Of a DNA stretch of 64,000 bases, positions 31,326 to 41,797 are shown one piece after another. Both the position numbers and the translations under genes were made by a program. The stretch's first letter is position 1; every line of letters starts with the position of its first letter. Location: positions 343 to 64,342 of the forward strand of contig JBJTWN010000237.1 in the NCBI GenBank assembly GCA_046081785.1, read 5' to 3'. The notes under the pieces were generated by a model that saw only the letters and a list, made by a program, of their open reading frames with translations, was not told the DNA's origin and did not search any database. Source of the stretch: Cyanobium sp. (GTDB lineage Bacteria > Cyanobacteriota > Cyanobacteriia > PCC-6307 > Cyanobiaceae).

Positions 31326-31991
31326 CTAGAGGCGAAGCCCCTCGGGCAGCAGTGCCCCTTCAAGGGAGGCTCCCTCGAGCAGTGCACCATGAAAGTGGCA
31401 ATCCCTCAGATCCAACCTCCTCAAATCAGCCCCCCGCAGATCAGATCGGTCAAACAGAGCACCATAAAGAGCGGCACCACAGAAGATGGCCTGCTGCAGA
31501 TTCGCACCTTGAAACTGGGCAAAGCTAAGGTCAGCCTCCATGAAGTTGGCCCGTCCCAAATCGGTGTGTTGATCCAGGCTGGAACGGAAGTCGGCCTCTA
31601 CCAGGGAGGCATTCAGCCACAGGCTGCCTGCTGCAAGGACTCCCCGCAGACAGGCGCGGTGGAGTGACGCGCCGCTGAAATCAGCACCTTGCAATTTGGA
31701 GGCTGAGAGATCGGCTTCCTGCCAAAATGACTGCCTCGCCTGCAAATCAGAAAGATCAGCGCCCCACAGCAGAGAACGCTGAAAGCCACAGCCCGTCACC
31801 TCGGAACCTGCCAGCGAAGCATGGCCAAACCGCGTTTCTTTAAAACAGCTCCCCCGCAAATCACAACCTGAGAGATCCAGACCACCGGCGTCTAAATCAA
31901 CGAACTCCAGGGCCGGAAAACGACGTTCCCCCGCCTCCAGCGCAGCCAGCAGCTCCAACAGGGTGGAGGGAGGGAGCGCATCGCCGCCCAT
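31326..31991 (-). CDS. pentapeptide repeat protein
   Basis: A(D/N)Lxx repeats; N-terminal GERRF. Confidence 0.9.
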   Translation of the reverse strand: MGGDALPPSTLLELLAALEAGERRFPALEFVDLDAGGLDLSGCDLRGSCFKETRFGHASLAGSEVTGCGFQRSLLWGADLSDLQARQSFWQEADLSASKLQGADFSGASLHRACLRGVLAAGSLWLNASLVEADFRSSLDQHTDLGRANFMEADLSFAQFQGANLQQAIFCGAALYGALFDRSDLRGADLRRLDLRDCHFHGALLEGASLEGALLPEGLRL

Positions 31992-32311
31992 CAGAAACTT
32001 GCGGCAAGGGCATCCAGCTGCAGGCGGCGCGAGGTCAACACCTGCTTCTCGGCCTGGCTGATGAAGCGAAACACCGCTTTGTCAATCACCTCGTAATACA
32101 CCAGAGAGCCTTCTGGTCGCCGCTGGACCACCGCAGCGATGGTAAGCAGCTTGAGATGTTTTGACACAAGCGCCTGACTGAGGCCGGTTTTCTCGACCAC
32201 GGCCGTGACATTGAGCGATCCGTCCCGCAGAGCCAACAGAACAGCGAGCCTGTTGGGCTCGGAGAATACTTTGAAATACTCAGCCAAAGACTCCAGAAGG
32301 GCAGATTCCAT
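31991..32311 (-). CDS. ArsR/SmtB-family regulator (no cysteines)
   Basis: FKVFSEPNRLAVL, LSQALVSKHLKLL, RRPEGSLVYY. Confidence 0.9.
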   Translation of the reverse strand: MESALLESLAEYFKVFSEPNRLAVLLALRDGSLNVTAVVEKTGLSQALVSKHLKLLTIAAVVQRRPEGSLVYYEVIDKAVFRFISQAEKQVLTSRRLQLDALAASF

Positions 32312-32462
32312 GGACAGGAAGGGCTCTAGTTAGTCTCAATTATATCGCGATACCGTCGAAGAAGCAGAGGCGGGCGGCAGTATCAAGAGGGCTCCGTACT
32401 TCTATGATACCGTTATGCCGTGATCTTTAGAGGTCCGGTCATCCCCCTCCCTGTTCCTCTGC

Positions 32463-33038
32463 ATGAGCGTCTGCATCAGCACTCCCTCTCTTCACGAGGA
32501 TCTGCTCACCCCATGCTTCTACCCCACAGGCATCGCCAAAGCAGCCCAAGCCAATCTCTCTGAACAGCGTCAATGCTTTGAAGCCATGCTCCTGGAGATG
32601 GAGCGCGACGACAGCCGCGACAACTTCGACCGCAAGGCCAGCCTTGATCGACTGGCCGAACTCAACCCGAAAGAGAGGCAGGCCTACGGGAGCTATCTGG
32701 TTCGCTCTTGCGTTTGCGAATTTTCAGGATTCCTCCTCTTCAAGGAACTCTCCCGACGGTTGGCGTCAAAGGGGCGGCACGAGCTCAGTCGGCTCTTCAA
32801 CTTGATGGCAAGGGACGAGGCCCGCTATGCGGGCTTTTTCAACAGGCCACTGTTGGCAGATGGAATTGCGATCGATCTCCACTCTTTCAGCGCCAGGCGA
32901 GCGATCATTTGGTTTCCGCTGAGCTGGGTGCTGTATTCGATGGTCTTATCCGAGAAGATTGGCTATTGGCATTGCATCCTGATCGATCGCCACCGCAACG
33001 CCAATCCGCCTGGTGGCGCTGCTCCTGAGGCAGTTTGA
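32463..33038 (+). pseudogene. acsF: Truncated, degenerate Mg-protoporphyrin IX monomethyl ester cyclase
   Basis: LLTPCFYPT, RSCVCEFSGFLLFKELSRRL, MARDEARYAGF (H to Y), LSEKIGYW; ends at 191 aa, about half the usual length. Confidence 0.85.
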
Positions 33039-33039
33039 A

Positions 33040-33795
33040 ATGTTCGACACCACTTTGGATCGCGCAGCCAGCTTCGTCTTTAAGGGTCATCTGCCGCGCG
33101 TCTTCATCGGCTACGACCCTCGTGAAACAGTTGCCGTGAGTGTGTTGACGGAATCGATTCAATCCCATGCCTCCCTGCCCGTGCAGGTAGCCCAGATCCG
33201 CCTCGAGCAGCTCGCATCCGTGTTCCACCGCCCTCCGAATGACCTGCAAAGCACAGCCTTTTCCTTCAGCCGTTTTCTTGTGCCCTGGCTGAGTGGTTAC
33301 AGCGGCTGGTCCCTCTTCCTGGACGCCGACATGCTTTGTCTGGCCGATCTGGCGGAACTCTGGAGCTTGCGGGATGGGCGCAAAGCTGTGCAAGTGGTGA
33401 AACACCAGCATCACTGTGATGTGGGCACAAAATTTCAGGGAATGCCCCAGACCCCCTATGCACGCAAGAACTGGTCGTCGGTGATGCTTTTCAACAACAG
33501 CCGCTGTCGGGCTCTAACCCCGGAGCTAGTGAACACAGCCTCCGGTCTGCATCTGCATCAATTCCAGTGGCTGGATGACCAGGAGGTTGGGGAGCTGCCA
33601 CCCCAGTGGAATGTCTTGGTCGGAGTGCAGGAAGTGCCCAGCGACGCCAAGCTGCTCCACTACACCTTAGGCGGTCCATGGTTTGAAGATTGCCGCGACA
33701 TGGCGGAGGGCGAACGCTGGCAGAAGGCTTGGGCAACGATGGCCGGGGCCACGGTTGAGACAAAGATAAATAACGGCATAACATATCCGTTGTAA
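33040..33795 (+). CDS. GT-A glycosyltransferase (GT8/CDI-like)
   Basis: VFIGYDPRE, STAFSFSRFLVP, FLDADML, RKNWSSVMLFN, HYTLGGPWF. Confidence 0.85.
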   Translation: MFDTTLDRAASFVFKGHLPRVFIGYDPRETVAVSVLTESIQSHASLPVQVAQIRLEQLASVFHRPPNDLQSTAFSFSRFLVPWLSGYSGWSLFLDADMLCLADLAELWSLRDGRKAVQVVKHQHHCDVGTKFQGMPQTPYARKNWSSVMLFNNSRCRALTPELVNTASGLHLHQFQWLDDQEVGELPPQWNVLVGVQEVPSDAKLLHYTLGGPWFEDCRDMAEGERWQKAWATMAGATVETKINNGITYPL

Positions 33796-33830
33796 CGTGG
33801 TACCATCGTTTTGGTTTCGTCTTGACCGCT

Positions 33831-34559
33831 ATGGCCGCCTCTTCGCTCTCGGGGCACGCTTAGCCTGCTGGAGCCAGTCAGCCCCAACAGCCCGGCCCTC
33901 GCCTGCGCAAACTGCACAGCCGCATCGGCCGAGCCCATCACCAAGCGGAGGGGATGGCCTTTTCCCGTGCCTTGCTCGAGGAGACGGTTTCGCCAGTTCA
34001 ACTTGCCGCGCTGCTACGGAGCCTTGCCCCTGCCTACGATCTCATCGAGGCGGAGGCGCCAAAGCTCGCCCGTCAACTGGGTGTCAGCGACACACCCTGG
34101 TCAGCCCTGGCCCGCCGCGCTGCCCTGGAGCACGACCTTGCACTGCTGAGCGCCACACCGGAAACCCCAACCTGCCCAGCCGCCAAGCGCTGGCTGGAGC
34201 GGCTGGAGCACTTGGCGCAGACCTCTCCACACCGCCTGATGGCTCACCTCTACGTGCGCTACGGCGGAGATTTATCAGGCGGGCAGCTGCTAGCCCCGCA
34301 CGCCAACGCGATCTTGCAGCGCAAAGGCCTGCCAGCCCTGAGCTTTTGGGAATATGAGGAGCCCGAGAAGTTGAAGCAAGCCTTGCACGACACCTTTGAA
34401 CGCTTTGTGCTCTCCGCCCCGCAGGAAGCGGAACTTCTTGATGAGGCGGAGGACGCATTCCGTGCCACCCAGGGACTGCTTGCTGACCTCGAAGCGGAGG
34501 TGTTGGAAGAAGAGAGGGCTCCAAAAAAGGGTCCCGACGATCCGGGTCGAAACCACTAA
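33831..34559 (+). pseudogene. Heme oxygenase (ho2-like) with in-frame TAG at codon 11
   Basis: ATG 33831, TAG 33861-33863, then in-frame RLRKLHSRIGRAHHQAEGM; AHLYVRYGGDLSGGQ; EAEDAF. Confidence 0.75.
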
Positions 34560-34607
34560 AGCCAACTCCCCTCCAGCAACCACAGCCAAGTCCTCATCGT
34601 TGATCCC

Positions 34608-35978
34608 ATGCTCACCACGGCAGGCCCCACCGCCGCCCTCTTGCCCCCACTGGAGCTGCTGCTCAAGCACGATAAGCCGGTGCCTCGCTACACCAGCTAC
34701 CCGACTGCCGCCGCCTTCCACTCAGGCGTGGGAGCTGAGGCTTTGGCCACCGAGCTCGCCAGCTCCAGCGAGGCTCCCCTCTCCATCTACGTGCATGTGC
34801 CTTTCTGCCGCCATGCCTGCTGGTATTGCGGCTGCCATCGCATCACCACCCAATTGGGATCAGCCGTGGTGAAGCCGTATCTAGAGGCGCTGAGCACAGA
34901 GCTCAAGCTGGTGAGCGCAGCCATGGCCACCAGGAGCCCGGTGGCCCAAATGCACTGGGGAGGCGGCACACCAAACTATTTGAATCAGCAAGAAAGCGCC
35001 GCACTGTGGCAGTTGATCGAGCAGCATTTCCCTCTGGAGCCCGATGTGGAAGCTTCGATTGAGGTGAATCCTGAATTCCTCAGTCGAGATGAGGTGATGA
35101 ATCTCAGGCGCTTGGGTTTTAACCGCATCAGCTTTGGCATCCAGGATGCCCATCCTGAGGTGCAACGCGCCGTGAACCGAGTGGTGCCCGTCGAGCAACT
35201 GAGGCGGGTGATGGACTGGCTTCGAGACGCAGACTTTCGCAGCGTGAATGTGGATCTGATTTGCGGGTTACCCCAGCAAACTCAGGAACGTTTTCAGACC
35301 ACCCTGGAGCTGGTGAGGGAGCTGCGGCCGGATCGTCTCTCGCTCTTCTCCTTCGCCTATTTGCCCAAACAGCTTCCTTTGCAGCGAAAGATCGATGCCA
35401 GGAGCTTGCCAACCCAGAAGGAACGCCTCGCCATGCTGTGTGATGCCCATCAATGGTTTGGCAGCCATGGCTATGACGCCATTGGATTGGATCATTACGC
35501 TCTGAGGGATAACAATCTGGCGCTGGCTGCGAGGGAGGGCAGGCTACATCGCAACTTTCAGGGCTACACCACTGGCGGTGAGCTGGATCTGTTGGGATTG
35601 GGCCCATCTGCGATCAGCCAATTTCCTCATTTGTTCACGCAAAACCACAGCGCGCTGAAGGATTACACGGCTGCCCTTGACCGCGGCGTCCTGCCTGTGG
35701 CTCGGGGGCTGGAGGTCCGCGATCCAGAGGTTCTGGAGCGGCGCCACCTTATTCAAAATGTGATGTGTCGCTTCCAAACCCGGCTTGATCTTGTGCGCTA
35801 CGCCAAGGAATGGCGGTATCTACAAAACTTGGCGGACGATGGCCTGGTGCGCCTCCAGGAAACCGAGGGAACGGGCCATGTGGAGGTGTGTCCTGATGGT
35901 CGATGGTTGTTGCGCACCATTGCGGCCGTGTTCGATCCCCAGCAACAACGTCAGCCCAATGGCGCCCGAATCCTCTAG
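34608..35978 (+). CDS. hemN: oxygen-independent coproporphyrinogen III oxidase
   Basis: PRYTSYPTA, YVHVPFCRHACWYCGC, HWGGGTP, LHRNFQGYT. Confidence 0.92.
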   Translation: MLTTAGPTAALLPPLELLLKHDKPVPRYTSYPTAAAFHSGVGAEALATELASSSEAPLSIYVHVPFCRHACWYCGCHRITTQLGSAVVKPYLEALSTELKLVSAAMATRSPVAQMHWGGGTPNYLNQQESAALWQLIEQHFPLEPDVEASIEVNPEFLSRDEVMNLRRLGFNRISFGIQDAHPEVQRAVNRVVPVEQLRRVMDWLRDADFRSVNVDLICGLPQQTQERFQTTLELVRELRPDRLSLFSFAYLPKQLPLQRKIDARSLPTQKERLAMLCDAHQWFGSHGYDAIGLDHYALRDNNLALAAREGRLHRNFQGYTTGGELDLLGLGPSAISQFPHLFTQNHSALKDYTAALDRGVLPVARGLEVRDPEVLERRHLIQNVMCRFQTRLDLVRYAKEWRYLQNLADDGLVRLQETEGTGHVEVCPDGRWLLRTIAAVFDPQQQRQPNGARIL

Positions 35979-36016
35979 GCAGGCAACATGGAAGCGTTTG
36001 GAACCATGCAAAGCCA

Positions 36017-36682
36017 ATGGTGCACGCCGCCAATTTAGATGAGAGAAAGCGATTGGCGCGAGCCCTGCCCATCGGGGTGATCCTCACCATCCTGCTGGCT
36101 GCCAGCCTTCGACTGCAAGAGGCATTTCTCATCGGGTTTTTGGCTGCCATCGGACAAGATCAAGTGATCTTTCTTCGCGAATCTCTGAACTTGGATGCGT
36201 CCGAAACTCGCTCGCTTTTTGGCCATGGTCTTACTAGAAGGGCAGTGCTGGTGAAGCTATCAGTGATCTTCACCTTTATCAGCGCGGGATGGCTGACTCT
36301 CTGTGTGAATGATCTCAAACATACGCAGACAGCCCTGCCATTCGCCTTGCGGACACTCATTTATTTTGCTTGCTTGTTTGGTGCCTGGCTGCAGATGCAC
36401 AATAGTTTTGCCGTGCTCTACGCTAAACTTTATTTTCGTCTAAATCCAGCGCCTGCCGCGGATGGTCCAGATCCTCAGGGTTTCATCTTCTCAGGCTCAG
36501 ACGAGCCGGTTTTCAGTGATTTTCTTTATGTATCTTATGCCGTAGCGCTCACCTACGCCATGAGTGATACAAATCTCGAAGATAGCAATGTGAGGCGGGT
36601 TGTTTTGCTCCATTCGCTGGTCAGCTTTCTTTTTCTTTCGATCGTGCTCACCGAACTCATTCATCTACTTGGCTCCCTTTAA
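36017..36682 (+). CDS. DUF1345-like membrane protein
   Basis: FAVLYAKLYF, F.FSGSDEP.FSDFLY.SY, T.AMSDT, RRVVLLHSLVSF. Confidence 0.7.
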   Translation: MVHAANLDERKRLARALPIGVILTILLAASLRLQEAFLIGFLAAIGQDQVIFLRESLNLDASETRSLFGHGLTRRAVLVKLSVIFTFISAGWLTLCVNDLKHTQTALPFALRTLIYFACLFGAWLQMHNSFAVLYAKLYFRLNPAPAADGPDPQGFIFSGSDEPVFSDFLYVSYAVALTYAMSDTNLEDSNVRRVVLLHSLVSFLFLSIVLTELIHLLGSL

Positions 36683-36776
36683 CCAGATGGGCACATGCTG
36701 GCAGAGTTGGCGAAAGCACGGCAACGTCCGATCCTGCCGACCAGGATGTTGTGATCTCTGCCCAAACCCTCCTTCC

Positions 36777-37643
36777 GTGCACCTGAAAATCGGCTGCCAG
36801 CTCCAGCTGCGCTGCGACTCAGCCACCCCCATGCTCACCTTGGTGCATCCCCACCCCACACTTCTGGAAGATCTGCTCACACCAGAGGTGGTGCAATTGC
36901 TACCGGATCGAAGCTTTGAGGTGCTCAGCGATAGCGGCGGGAACCGCTGGAGCCGTTGGCTGGCACCTGCCGGAGTGAGCTCCTTTCGCTTCGCCACCTC
37001 CCTTTCTCGACCCGACAGCACTGATCTGGTGGTGCCCACGGCCCCCGCCTGCCCGGTGGAGCGTCTTCCCATCGAGACCTACGGCTATCTCAACGCCAGC
37101 ACCTACTGCGACACGGCAGTCCTCATGCCCGTGGCCTGGGACACGTTTGGATCGATGCAACAGCAGGGATGGGGGCTGGTGCAAGCCATCTGTGACTGGG
37201 TGCATCAGCTGATCCAGTTTGACTACCAAGCTGTGTGTGCCGAGAAAACCGCAAGCGACACCCTCCGGGACCGGGCAGGGGTCTGCCGCGACTTTGCCCA
37301 CCTGGCGATCACCCTCTGCCGCTGCCTCAACATCCCTGCCCGTTATTGCACGGGGTATCTGGGCTACACGGGCATCGCGGTTGGCGAGGCACCGGTCGAT
37401 TTTTCCGCCTGGTTTGAAGCTTTTTTGGGCGATCGTTGGTATGTGTTCGACGCCCGCCATAACTTCCCCCGTTGCGGGCGCGTGCTCATTGGCCGTGGAC
37501 GCGATGCCGGCGATGTTCCCTTCCTGCGCAGCTTCGGTGCCCACCAGCTGCTGGCCCTGGACGTGATCACGGAAGCCCTGGATCAGTTGGCAACCCCCAG
37601 CCCTCTGGCGGACCAGACCGCCGCTGAATCCATCGTGATCTGA
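36777..37643 (+). CDS. transglutaminase-like family protein
   Basis: GVCRDFAHLAITLCRCLNIPARYCTGYL, DFSAWFE, FDARHN. Confidence 0.9.
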   Translation: MHLKIGCQLQLRCDSATPMLTLVHPHPTLLEDLLTPEVVQLLPDRSFEVLSDSGGNRWSRWLAPAGVSSFRFATSLSRPDSTDLVVPTAPACPVERLPIETYGYLNASTYCDTAVLMPVAWDTFGSMQQQGWGLVQAICDWVHQLIQFDYQAVCAEKTASDTLRDRAGVCRDFAHLAITLCRCLNIPARYCTGYLGYTGIAVGEAPVDFSAWFEAFLGDRWYVFDARHNFPRCGRVLIGRGRDAGDVPFLRSFGAHQLLALDVITEALDQLATPSPLADQTAAESIVI

Positions 37644-37701
37644 TCATTCGGACAAAAAGTCCCCTGATCGGTCAGGCTGGTTCCGCCTTGACTCCACCTC
37701 C

Positions 37702-38583
37702 GTGCACCGTAGAGCTCTGCTGCGTCTGCTCCCCTCCATGGGTGTGGCAGTCGCTTGCGGTTTGTCGCCGAAAGTTGGCCTGGCTCAGGCCAAGCGTGCT
37801 GCCAAGACCAATCTGAGGTTTTTGGCCGTGGCCGACATGGGCAGCGGTGATGAGAATCAACGGGCTGTGGGCCGTCAGATGGCGGCGGCACACCGCCGCC
37901 GACAGATCGATCTGGTGGTCTTGGGGGGAGACAACATCTATCCCTCTGGTGACCTGGCCAAGGTGGAAGCCACCTTCCGACGTCCCTACGCCGAATTGTT
38001 GCAAGCCGGAGTGCCCTTTCACGCAGTGTTGGGTAATCACGATATCCGCACGGCCAATGGCGTGCCCCAGGTGGCTTACCCCTCCTTTGGCATGGGGGGT
38101 AGGTTTTACAACCTCAGGCGTGGACCTGTTGAATTCTTCATGCTGGATACCAATGGCAACGCCGATTGGCAGCGGCAGATGAGCTGGTTGCGCACCACAC
38201 TGGCGCGCAGCCAGGCGCCATGGAGAGTGGTCGTAGGGCATCACCCCATCTATTCATCTGGTTTCTATGGGAATGATCCTCACCTGCGCGCCAAGTTGAG
38301 CAGCTTGATGGAACGCCATGGCGTTCAGCTCTACATCAACGGTCATGATCACAACTATGAGCGCAGCAAACCCATCAATGGCATCACCTACCTCGTGGTG
38401 GGCGGCGGAGGCGCGAGCCTCCGCCCAGTGATCGCCACAGCCCAAACCGCGAGAGCTGCCAGTGTGTTCAGCTTTGCGGAAATCGAGGCAACCCCCCGCG
38501 AACTGAGGCTTTGGGCTTGGGACAAAAACGGGCAGCAGCTTGATCAATCGGTGATCGCAAGGACCGGCGCCAGCGTTCGGTGA
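37702..38583 (+). CDS. Exported metallophosphoesterase (acid-phosphatase-like), Tat-like signal
   Basis: HRRALL; ADMG, GDNIY, GNHD, GHHP, GHDH. Confidence 0.88.
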   Translation: MHRRALLRLLPSMGVAVACGLSPKVGLAQAKRAAKTNLRFLAVADMGSGDENQRAVGRQMAAAHRRRQIDLVVLGGDNIYPSGDLAKVEATFRRPYAELLQAGVPFHAVLGNHDIRTANGVPQVAYPSFGMGGRFYNLRRGPVEFFMLDTNGNADWQRQMSWLRTTLARSQAPWRVVVGHHPIYSSGFYGNDPHLRAKLSSLMERHGVQLYINGHDHNYERSKPINGITYLVVGGGGASLRPVIATAQTARAASVFSFAEIEATPRELRLWAWDKNGQQLDQSVIARTGASVR

Positions 38584-38801
38584 GGAGAGGCCTGGCGAAC
38601 GGCCAGACCGTGAGAAAACGACTCGTTTGGCAAACCATTGAATGTCTTTAGATTTCCGCCATCGGGTCCTGGTCTGGGAAAAGCAGTCTCCAGCCCGCAA
38701 ACGCAAGCCAGATTTCAGAAGGTGATGGAGGTTATGTAGCGAAATTGGCAACGCAACCCACCGTTGGCTTAATTGGCTAGTGCGCAGCAGTTGCTCCCCC
38801 C

Positions 38802-40970
38802 ATGCCCACTCCAGCCCGTCTCCAGGCGATGCAGGCCATCCTGCATCGACCAGCTGTCCCGGTGGAGGCTGCAGAGTCCCTGGAAAAAATCTGGGCCAGC
38901 GATGTCTTCGGGCTGGAAACGATGAAGTCGGCCCTGCCCAAGGATGTCTTCAAATCGATCCAGCGCTCGATGCGGCAGGGGAGCAAGCTTGATCTGGGCG
39001 TGGCCGATACGGTGGCCCAAGCGATGAAGGACTGGGCCACCGCCCGCGGGGCTCTCTACTACGCCCACGTGTTTTATCCCCTCACCAACCTCACCGCCGA
39101 GAAGCACGACGGATTCATCTCCCCCCAGCCGGATGGCAAGGCCATCGCTGAATTCTCTGGCAAACTTTTGGTGCAGGGGGAACCGGACGGCTCCTCCTTC
39201 CCCAACGGAGGCCTGCGCACCACCTTTGAGGCACGCGGGTACACCGCCTGGGATGTGACCAGTCCGGCCTGGCTGATGCGCACAGCCAATGGCGTCACTC
39301 TCTGCATCCCCACAGTGTTCGTCAGTTGGACTGGGGAGGCACTTGACAAGAAGACTCCGCTCCTGCGCTCCAACGCCGCTATGAACCTCCAGGCCCAACG
39401 CCTGCTGCGGCTATTAGGCGCAACCGATATCGCCCCGGTCAATTCCAGCTGTGGTGCGGAGCAAGAGTATTTCCTCGTCGATGCCGGCTTCACCGCGCTC
39501 AGACCCGACCTGCAGCTTGCCGGCCGCACTCTCTTTGGGGCACCGCCAGCGAAGGGGCAGCAATTTGACGACCACTATTTTGGCGCCATCCCTGAACGAA
39601 TCCAGGTGTTCATGCAGGATGTGGAACTGCAGCTCTACCGCCTCGGCATTCCGGCTAAAACCCGCCACAACGAAGTCGCGCCAGGGCAGTTTGAGATTGC
39701 GCCCTACTTTGAAGCCGCCAACGTCGCCACCGATCACCAGCAGCTGACCATGACCGTCCTCAAGATGACGGCCAAAAAGCATGGTCTCACCTGTCTGCTG
39801 CATGAAAAACCATTCGCTGGCGTGAATGGCAGCGGGAAGCACGTGAACTGGTCGATCGGCAACGCCACCCAGGGCAACCTGCTCGATCCAGGCAAAACAC
39901 CCCACGCCAACCTCCAATTTCTGCTGTTCTGCGCAGCCGTCATCCGGGGCGTGCATTGCTATGGCCCCCTGATGCGTGCGGCCATTGCCACGGCGAGCAA
40001 CGATCACCGACTTGGCGCGAATGAAGCGCCACCCGCCATCATCTCGGTCTATCTCGGTAGCCAGCTGGAGGATGTTTACAACCAAATCAAGAGCGGCCGA
40101 CTGGAGGGATCCGCCCAAACCGCCCTGATGTCTCTAGGTGTCGACACCCTGCCGGAACTCAACCGTGATCCAGGCGATCGGAACCGCACCTCTCCCTTCG
40201 CCTTTACCGGCAACCGCTTTGAATTCCGTGCCGTGGGTTCCGGCCAGTCCGTAGCTGGGCCGTTAGTGGTGTTGAACACCGTCCTGGCCGATTCCCTGCA
40301 GTGGATCTCTGATGAGCTTGAAGGCCGGCTCAGCTCCGGTGCCTCCCTGGAGGAGGCGGCCTTCGCCGTGCTCAAGCTCACCATGGACCAGCACGGTGCG
40401 GTGGTGTTTGGTGGCGATGGGTATTCCTCCGAGTGGCACCGCATCGCGGTGGAGGAGCGTGGCCTGGAAAACCTGCGCACCAGTGCCGATGCTCTGCCGG
40501 TGTTGGAGCGGCCGGAGATCCGGGCGTTGTTCGAGCGACAGGGTGTGCTCACACCGCTGGAGCTGGAAAGCCGCTTCGAGGTGTACGCCGAGCAGTACAT
40601 CCTTGCGATCGAGGTGGAAGCTCGCTTGGTGCTGCGCATGGCCCGCACCCAGATCTATCCAGTGGTGATGGAGTTTCTCGAGCGCCAAACCCGGTGTCTA
40701 CAGGATTTGGAAACCCTTGGCTTGCCAGCTGATCGCAGCATCGCAGGCAAGGCTGCGCATCTCAACCAACAGCTCCTTCACCAGTGCGCAGCGCTCGAAG
40801 AGGCCCTCCAGCACGCGCCTCACGACGTGCACGGTCATCTGCGCCACTGCTCAGACACCCTCATGCCGCTGATTGGCCAGGTCCGCGAGGCGGTGGACGG
40901 GCTGGAGGTCATGGTCGACGATGATCTCTGGCCGCTTCCCACCTACAGCGAACTGTTGTTTTTGCGCTGA
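38802..40970 (+). CDS. glnN: glutamine synthetase type III
   Basis: [63 protein letters not shown]. Confidence 0.95.
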   Translation: MPTPARLQAMQAILHRPAVPVEAAESLEKIWASDVFGLETMKSALPKDVFKSIQRSMRQGSKLDLGVADTVAQAMKDWATARGALYYAHVFYPLTNLTAEKHDGFISPQPDGKAIAEFSGKLLVQGEPDGSSFPNGGLRTTFEARGYTAWDVTSPAWLMRTANGVTLCIPTVFVSWTGEALDKKTPLLRSNAAMNLQAQRLLRLLGATDIAPVNSSCGAEQEYFLVDAGFTALRPDLQLAGRTLFGAPPAKGQQFDDHYFGAIPERIQVFMQDVELQLYRLGIPAKTRHNEVAPGQFEIAPYFEAANVATDHQQLTMTVLKMTAKKHGLTCLLHEKPFAGVNGSGKHVNWSIGNATQGNLLDPGKTPHANLQFLLFCAAVIRGVHCYGPLMRAAIATASNDHRLGANEAPPAIISVYLGSQLEDVYNQIKSGRLEGSAQTALMSLGVDTLPELNRDPGDRNRTSPFAFTGNRFEFRAVGSGQSVAGPLVVLNTVLADSLQWISDELEGRLSSGASLEEAAFAVLKLTMDQHGAVVFGGDGYSSEWHRIAVEERGLENLRTSADALPVLERPEIRALFERQGVLTPLELESRFEVYAEQYILAIEVEARLVLRMARTQIYPVVMEFLERQTRCLQDLETLGLPADRSIAGKAAHLNQQLLHQCAALEEALQHAPHDVHGHLRHCSDTLMPLIGQVREAVDGLEVMVDDDLWPLPTYSELLFLR

Positions 40971-41062
40971 AGCAGCCTTCGGCTCAGAGAGGGTTGAGGC
41001 AACCATCCGCTGCTCTCTGGGCCGGATGGGTTTCTAGGGTGACGGAGATCGTCCAGCTCCTC

Positions 41063-41797
41063 ATGATCAGCCCAGGCGCCCCGGTTGCTTCAGAGCGAAT
41101 CATTTTGGCCCTGGATCAGCCCAACGCTGCTTCTGCGTTGGCTCTGGTGGAAGCGATTCCTGATCTGCGCTGGGTGAAGGTGGGCCTGGAACTCTTTATC
41201 GCCGCAGGGCCTCAGGTCGTGCGGCAGATGCGCGAGGAACTTGGCAAGCGGGTGTTTCTGGATCTGAAGTTGCACGACATCCCCGCCACCATGGCCGGTG
41301 CCTGCCGCAGCGCCGCCAGCCTCGGTGCCGAACTGATCAGCGTGCATGCCTGTGCGGGAAGCGAGGCCCTTCGAGCCGCCCAAGAGGCCGCTCTGGAGGG
41401 CGCGGCAAGGGCGAGCCTCCCGCCACCAATCCTTCTTGCCGTCACCGTGCTCACGAGCTGGGAGGCCAAGCGATTTCAAGCGGAGCTCGCCATTGCAGAG
41501 CCTGTGCAGACTTACGTCAAGCGACTGGCCGCGCTAGCGGCAGAGGCTGGGATCGGAGGCTGCGTCTGCTCACCCCTGGAGGTGGCAGGCCTGCGTGTCG
41601 CCCACCCGCAGCCCTTCACGCTGGTCACCCCAGGGATCCGCCCAGCGGGCACGACCCGCGGGGATCAAGCCAGGGTGATGACTCCAGCCCAGGCCTTGGG
41701 GGCTGGTGCCAGCCAGCTGGTGATCGGACGACCAATTAGTGCAGCAGCCGATCCAGCCGAGGCTTTCGCTCGCTGTTGCGCGGAGCTGGCTTCCTAG
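41063..41797 (+). CDS. pyrF: orotidine-5'-phosphate decarboxylase
   Basis: [37 protein letters not shown]. Confidence 0.95.
   Translation: MISPGAPVASERIILALDQPNAASALALVEAIPDLRWVKVGLELFIAAGPQVVRQMREELGKRVFLDLKLHDIPATMAGACRSAASLGAELISVHACAGSEALRAAQEAALEGAARASLPPPILLAVTVLTSWEAKRFQAELAIAEPVQTYVKRLAALAAEAGIGGCVCSPLEVAGLRVAHPQPFTLVTPGIRPAGTTRGDQARVMTPAQALGAGASQLVIGRPISAAADPAEAFARCCAELAS

Noticed and set aside
33861-33863. TAG/TAA readthrough or alternative genetic code (also 61243)
   Set aside because: TAG and TAA terminate normal genes in this window and no recoding machinery is seen; nonsense mutation is simpler
38735-38750. NtcA box upstream of glnN (TGTAgcgaaattGGCA)
   Set aside because: Only the left half matches GTA-N8-TAC
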